Source: a virus
Taxonomy: Duplodnaviria > Heunggongvirae > Uroviricota > Caudoviricetes
Direction: 5' to 3' (one strand)
IMG/VR virus record: IMGVR_UViG_2681813321_000027
DNA: 51,515 nucleotides
The notes beneath the pieces were generated by a model. It searched no databases, was not told the origin of the DNA, and saw only the letters and a list, made by a program, of their open reading frames with translations. The position numbers and the translations under genes are program-made. Shown one piece after another: positions 49,370 through 51,515 of the stretch. How positions within the stretch are numbered: position 1 is the stretch's first letter; every line of letters starts with the position of its first letter.

Positions 49370-51000
49370 CAGTGAAATACTACGCCATTCTGACTAATCA
49401 GGGCGCGGCACGACTGGCTAACGCGACGATGCTCGGCAGTAAGCTGGATCTGACGCAAATGGCCGTTGGTGATGCAAATGGTGTGTTACCAACACCAGAC
49501 CCTGCACAAACAAAACTGATTAACCAGAAACGCATTGCACCGCTGAATCTTCTGAGTGTTGACCCTAACAATCAGAGCCAGATTATTGCGGAGCAAATCA
49601 TCCCTGAAAACGAGGGAGGATTCTGGATCCGTGAGATTGGTCTTTATGATGATGAAGGTGTACTCATTGCGGTGGCAAACTGCCCGGAAACGTACAAACC
49701 GCAGTTGCAGGAAGGCAGTGGACGCACCCAGACTATCCGCATGATTCTGGTTGTCACGAACACCGAAGCCATCACGCTGAAAATCGACCCGTCTGTGGTT
49801 CTGGCAACCCGCAAATATGTGGATGATAAAATCTCAGAGCACGAACAGTCACGACGTCACCCGGACGCCTCGCTGACCGTAAAAGGTTTTACTCAGTTAA
49901 GCAGTGCAATTAACAGTGAATCAGAAACACTGGCCGCAACACCGAAAGCGGTTAAGGCTGCATATGACCTGGCTAACGGGAAATATACCGCCCAGAACGC
50001 CACCACTACACAAAAAGGGATTGTTCAGCTCAGTAGCGCCACAAACAGCACGTCTGAAACGCTGGCAGCGACACCAAAAGCTGTTAAGGCGGTAATGGAT
50101 GAAACGAACAAGAAAGCACCATTAAACAGCCCGGCACTGACCGGAACGCCAACAACACCAACAGCGCCACAGGGGACTAATAGTACCCAGATCGCAAGCA
50201 CGGCTTTCGTTATGGCCGCGATTGCCGCACTTGTAGATTCGTCACCTGATGCACTGAACACGCTGAACGAACTGGCTGCGGCGCTGGGCAATGACCCGAA
50301 TTTTGCGACCACCATGACTAACGCGCTTGCGGGTAAGCAACCGAAGGATGCCACCCTGACGGCGCTGGCAGAGCTTGCTACATCAGCAGATAAACTCCCA
50401 TATTTTACAGGGGCAGATCGTGCCGCGTTAACCGCGTTGACAAGTGTTGGACGTGCCATTCTTGGTAAAACCAGCACTCAGGGAGTTCTTGATTACCTTG
50501 GTTTGGGAGAAGGCTCTGCATTACCGGTTGGGGTGCCTGTTCCGTGGCCTTCAGCCACTCCGCCAACAGGCTGGCTGAAATGCAACGGTGCCGCTTTTTC
50601 TGCTGAAGAATACCCGGAACTGGCAAAGGCTTATCCGACAAATAAATTGCCTGATTTACGCGGTGAGTTTATTAGGGGCTGGGATGACGGGCGTGGTATT
50701 GATGCTGTACGTGCCTTGCTAAGTCTTCAGAATGGAGGAGTGGAATCACACACCCACCAAGGGCAGCTCTTCAGAGTTAGTGATTATCGTACAAAAGAAA
50801 TACCAGCATCAGAAGTTATGGGAAGAGGATATATTGCAAGCCTGACGCCGGGTCCTGATAGCCCACTTGATTTTGATGATTATCCTGTATCTTCTAATCC
50901 AAATGGATATTTTGTCGGGAATCAGAGAACAACAGCATATGGGATAAATGAAACCCGTCCACGGAATATTGCATTTAACTATATCGTGAGGGCTGCATAA
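49366..51000 (+). CDS. H: tail fiber protein (P2 gpH family), full length
   Basis: 544 aa; two SxxSETLAATPKAVKA fibre repeats; conserved GWLKCNGAAFSAEEYPELA region. Confidence 0.85.
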   Translation: MTVKYYAILTNQGAARLANATMLGSKLDLTQMAVGDANGVLPTPDPAQTKLINQKRIAPLNLLSVDPNNQSQIIAEQIIPENEGGFWIREIGLYDDEGVLIAVANCPETYKPQLQEGSGRTQTIRMILVVTNTEAITLKIDPSVVLATRKYVDDKISEHEQSRRHPDASLTVKGFTQLSSAINSESETLAATPKAVKAAYDLANGKYTAQNATTTQKGIVQLSSATNSTSETLAATPKAVKAVMDETNKKAPLNSPALTGTPTTPTAPQGTNSTQIASTAFVMAAIAALVDSSPDALNTLNELAAALGNDPNFATTMTNALAGKQPKDATLTALAELATSADKLPYFTGADRAALTALTSVGRAILGKTSTQGVLDYLGLGEGSALPVGVPVPWPSATPPTGWLKCNGAAFSAEEYPELAKAYPTNKLPDLRGEFIRGWDDGRGIDAVRALLSLQNGGVESHTHQGQLFRVSDYRTKEIPASEVMGRGYIASLTPGPDSPLDFDDYPVSSNPNGYFVGNQRTTAYGINETRPRNIAFNYIVRAA

Positions 51001-51515
51001 TGGATAACGCTGTATTAAATAGCGAGTTTATTGCTACAAAGGCGGGGAATATTACCGTCTATAACTATGATGGCGAAACACGGGAATATATTTCCACATC
51101 AACTGAATATCTTGCTGTGGGTGTCGGTATCCCTGCATATTCCTGTTTAGATGCCCCTGGCACATACAAAGCTGGTTATGCAATCTGCCGATCTGTAGAT
51201 TTTAACTCATGGGAATATGTGCCAGACCATCGCGGTGAAATCGTCTTTAGCACCGAAACAGGAGAATCAAAAGAAATCACAGCTCCGGGTGATTACCCTG
51301 ATAATACAACCACTATCGCCCCGTTAACGCCATACGATAAATGGGATGGTGAGAAATGGGTGACGGATACCGAAGCACAGCATAGCGCCGCAGTAGATGC
51401 AGCAGAAGCACAGCGCCAGTCACTGATTGATACTGCAATGGCTTCAATCAGTCTGATTCAGCTGAAATTGCAGGCCGGACGTAAACTGACGCAGGCAGAA
51501 ACAACCAGCCTTAAC
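51000..51515 (+). CDS. G: tail fiber assembly chaperone (P2 gpG family), 3'-incomplete at window end
   Basis: ATG 51000 overlaps H stop (TAATG); 172 codons with no stop before the window ends. Confidence 0.7.
   Translation, partial: MDNAVLNSEFIATKAGNITVYNYDGETREYISTSTEYLAVGVGIPAYSCLDAPGTYKAGYAICRSVDFNSWEYVPDHRGEIVFSTETGESKEITAPGDYPDNTTTIAPLTPYDKWDGEKWVTDTEAQHSAAVDAAEAQRQSLIDTAMASISLIQLKLQAGRKLTQAETTSLN

Larger units (their letters stand above)
42435..50883. repeat. tandem direct repeat, 4225-bp unit (42435-46658 = 46660-50883)
   Basis: V/W/J/I/H proteins repeated at +4225; three base differences inside H. Confidence 0.9.

Noticed and set aside
6240-50883. Kilobase-scale direct repeats might be a CRISPR array or rolling-circle/cos concatemers
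   Set aside because: Repeat units are 4-9 kb of protein-coding sequence, not short repeats with spacers. Junctions lie inside genes (P, M, H) rather than at cos, and each unit starts at a different genomic position.
45141-51000. Invertible tail-fiber segment (Gin/Cin-type) or diversity-generating retroelement explaining the two H copies
   Set aside because: Both H copies are in the same orientation. No invertase, no reverse transcriptase and no template-repeat/variable-repeat pair is present; the duplication is part of the larger 4225-bp repeat.

Overview
The window is a P2-family temperate phage genome laid out in prophage gene order: int, C, cox, early genes, replication initiator A, an accessory cassette, the cos region, Q, P, O, N, M, L, X, holin, endolysin, spanins, R, S, V, W, J, I, H, G. 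It is not a single copy. Five collinear segments of the same genome are joined head-to-tail at four non-homologous junctions (13230, 22560, 31268, 46659), and every junction reads segment X + one orphan A + segment Y. This gives 4 copies of parM/parR/zbd/orf135/Q/P, 3 of O/N/M and 2 of V/W/J/I/H, plus chimeric ORFs (P::A, M::A, truncated M, H::S). The copies are about 99% identical but differ by clustered substitutions that are synonymous in the real genes, so they come from slightly diverged templates rather than from one duplicated molecule. The most interesting biology is the four-gene cassette between A and cos, the slot where P2 itself carries tin/old: a ParM-like actin-fold ATPase, a ParR-like protein, a standalone ClpX zinc-binding-domain homolog and an unknown 135-aa protein, preceded by paired palindromic repeats. 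It could be a partition module or an undescribed accessory system. No rRNA, tRNA, CRISPR array or IS element was seen. All homology statements are from reading the translations against remembered family sequences; no database search was run.
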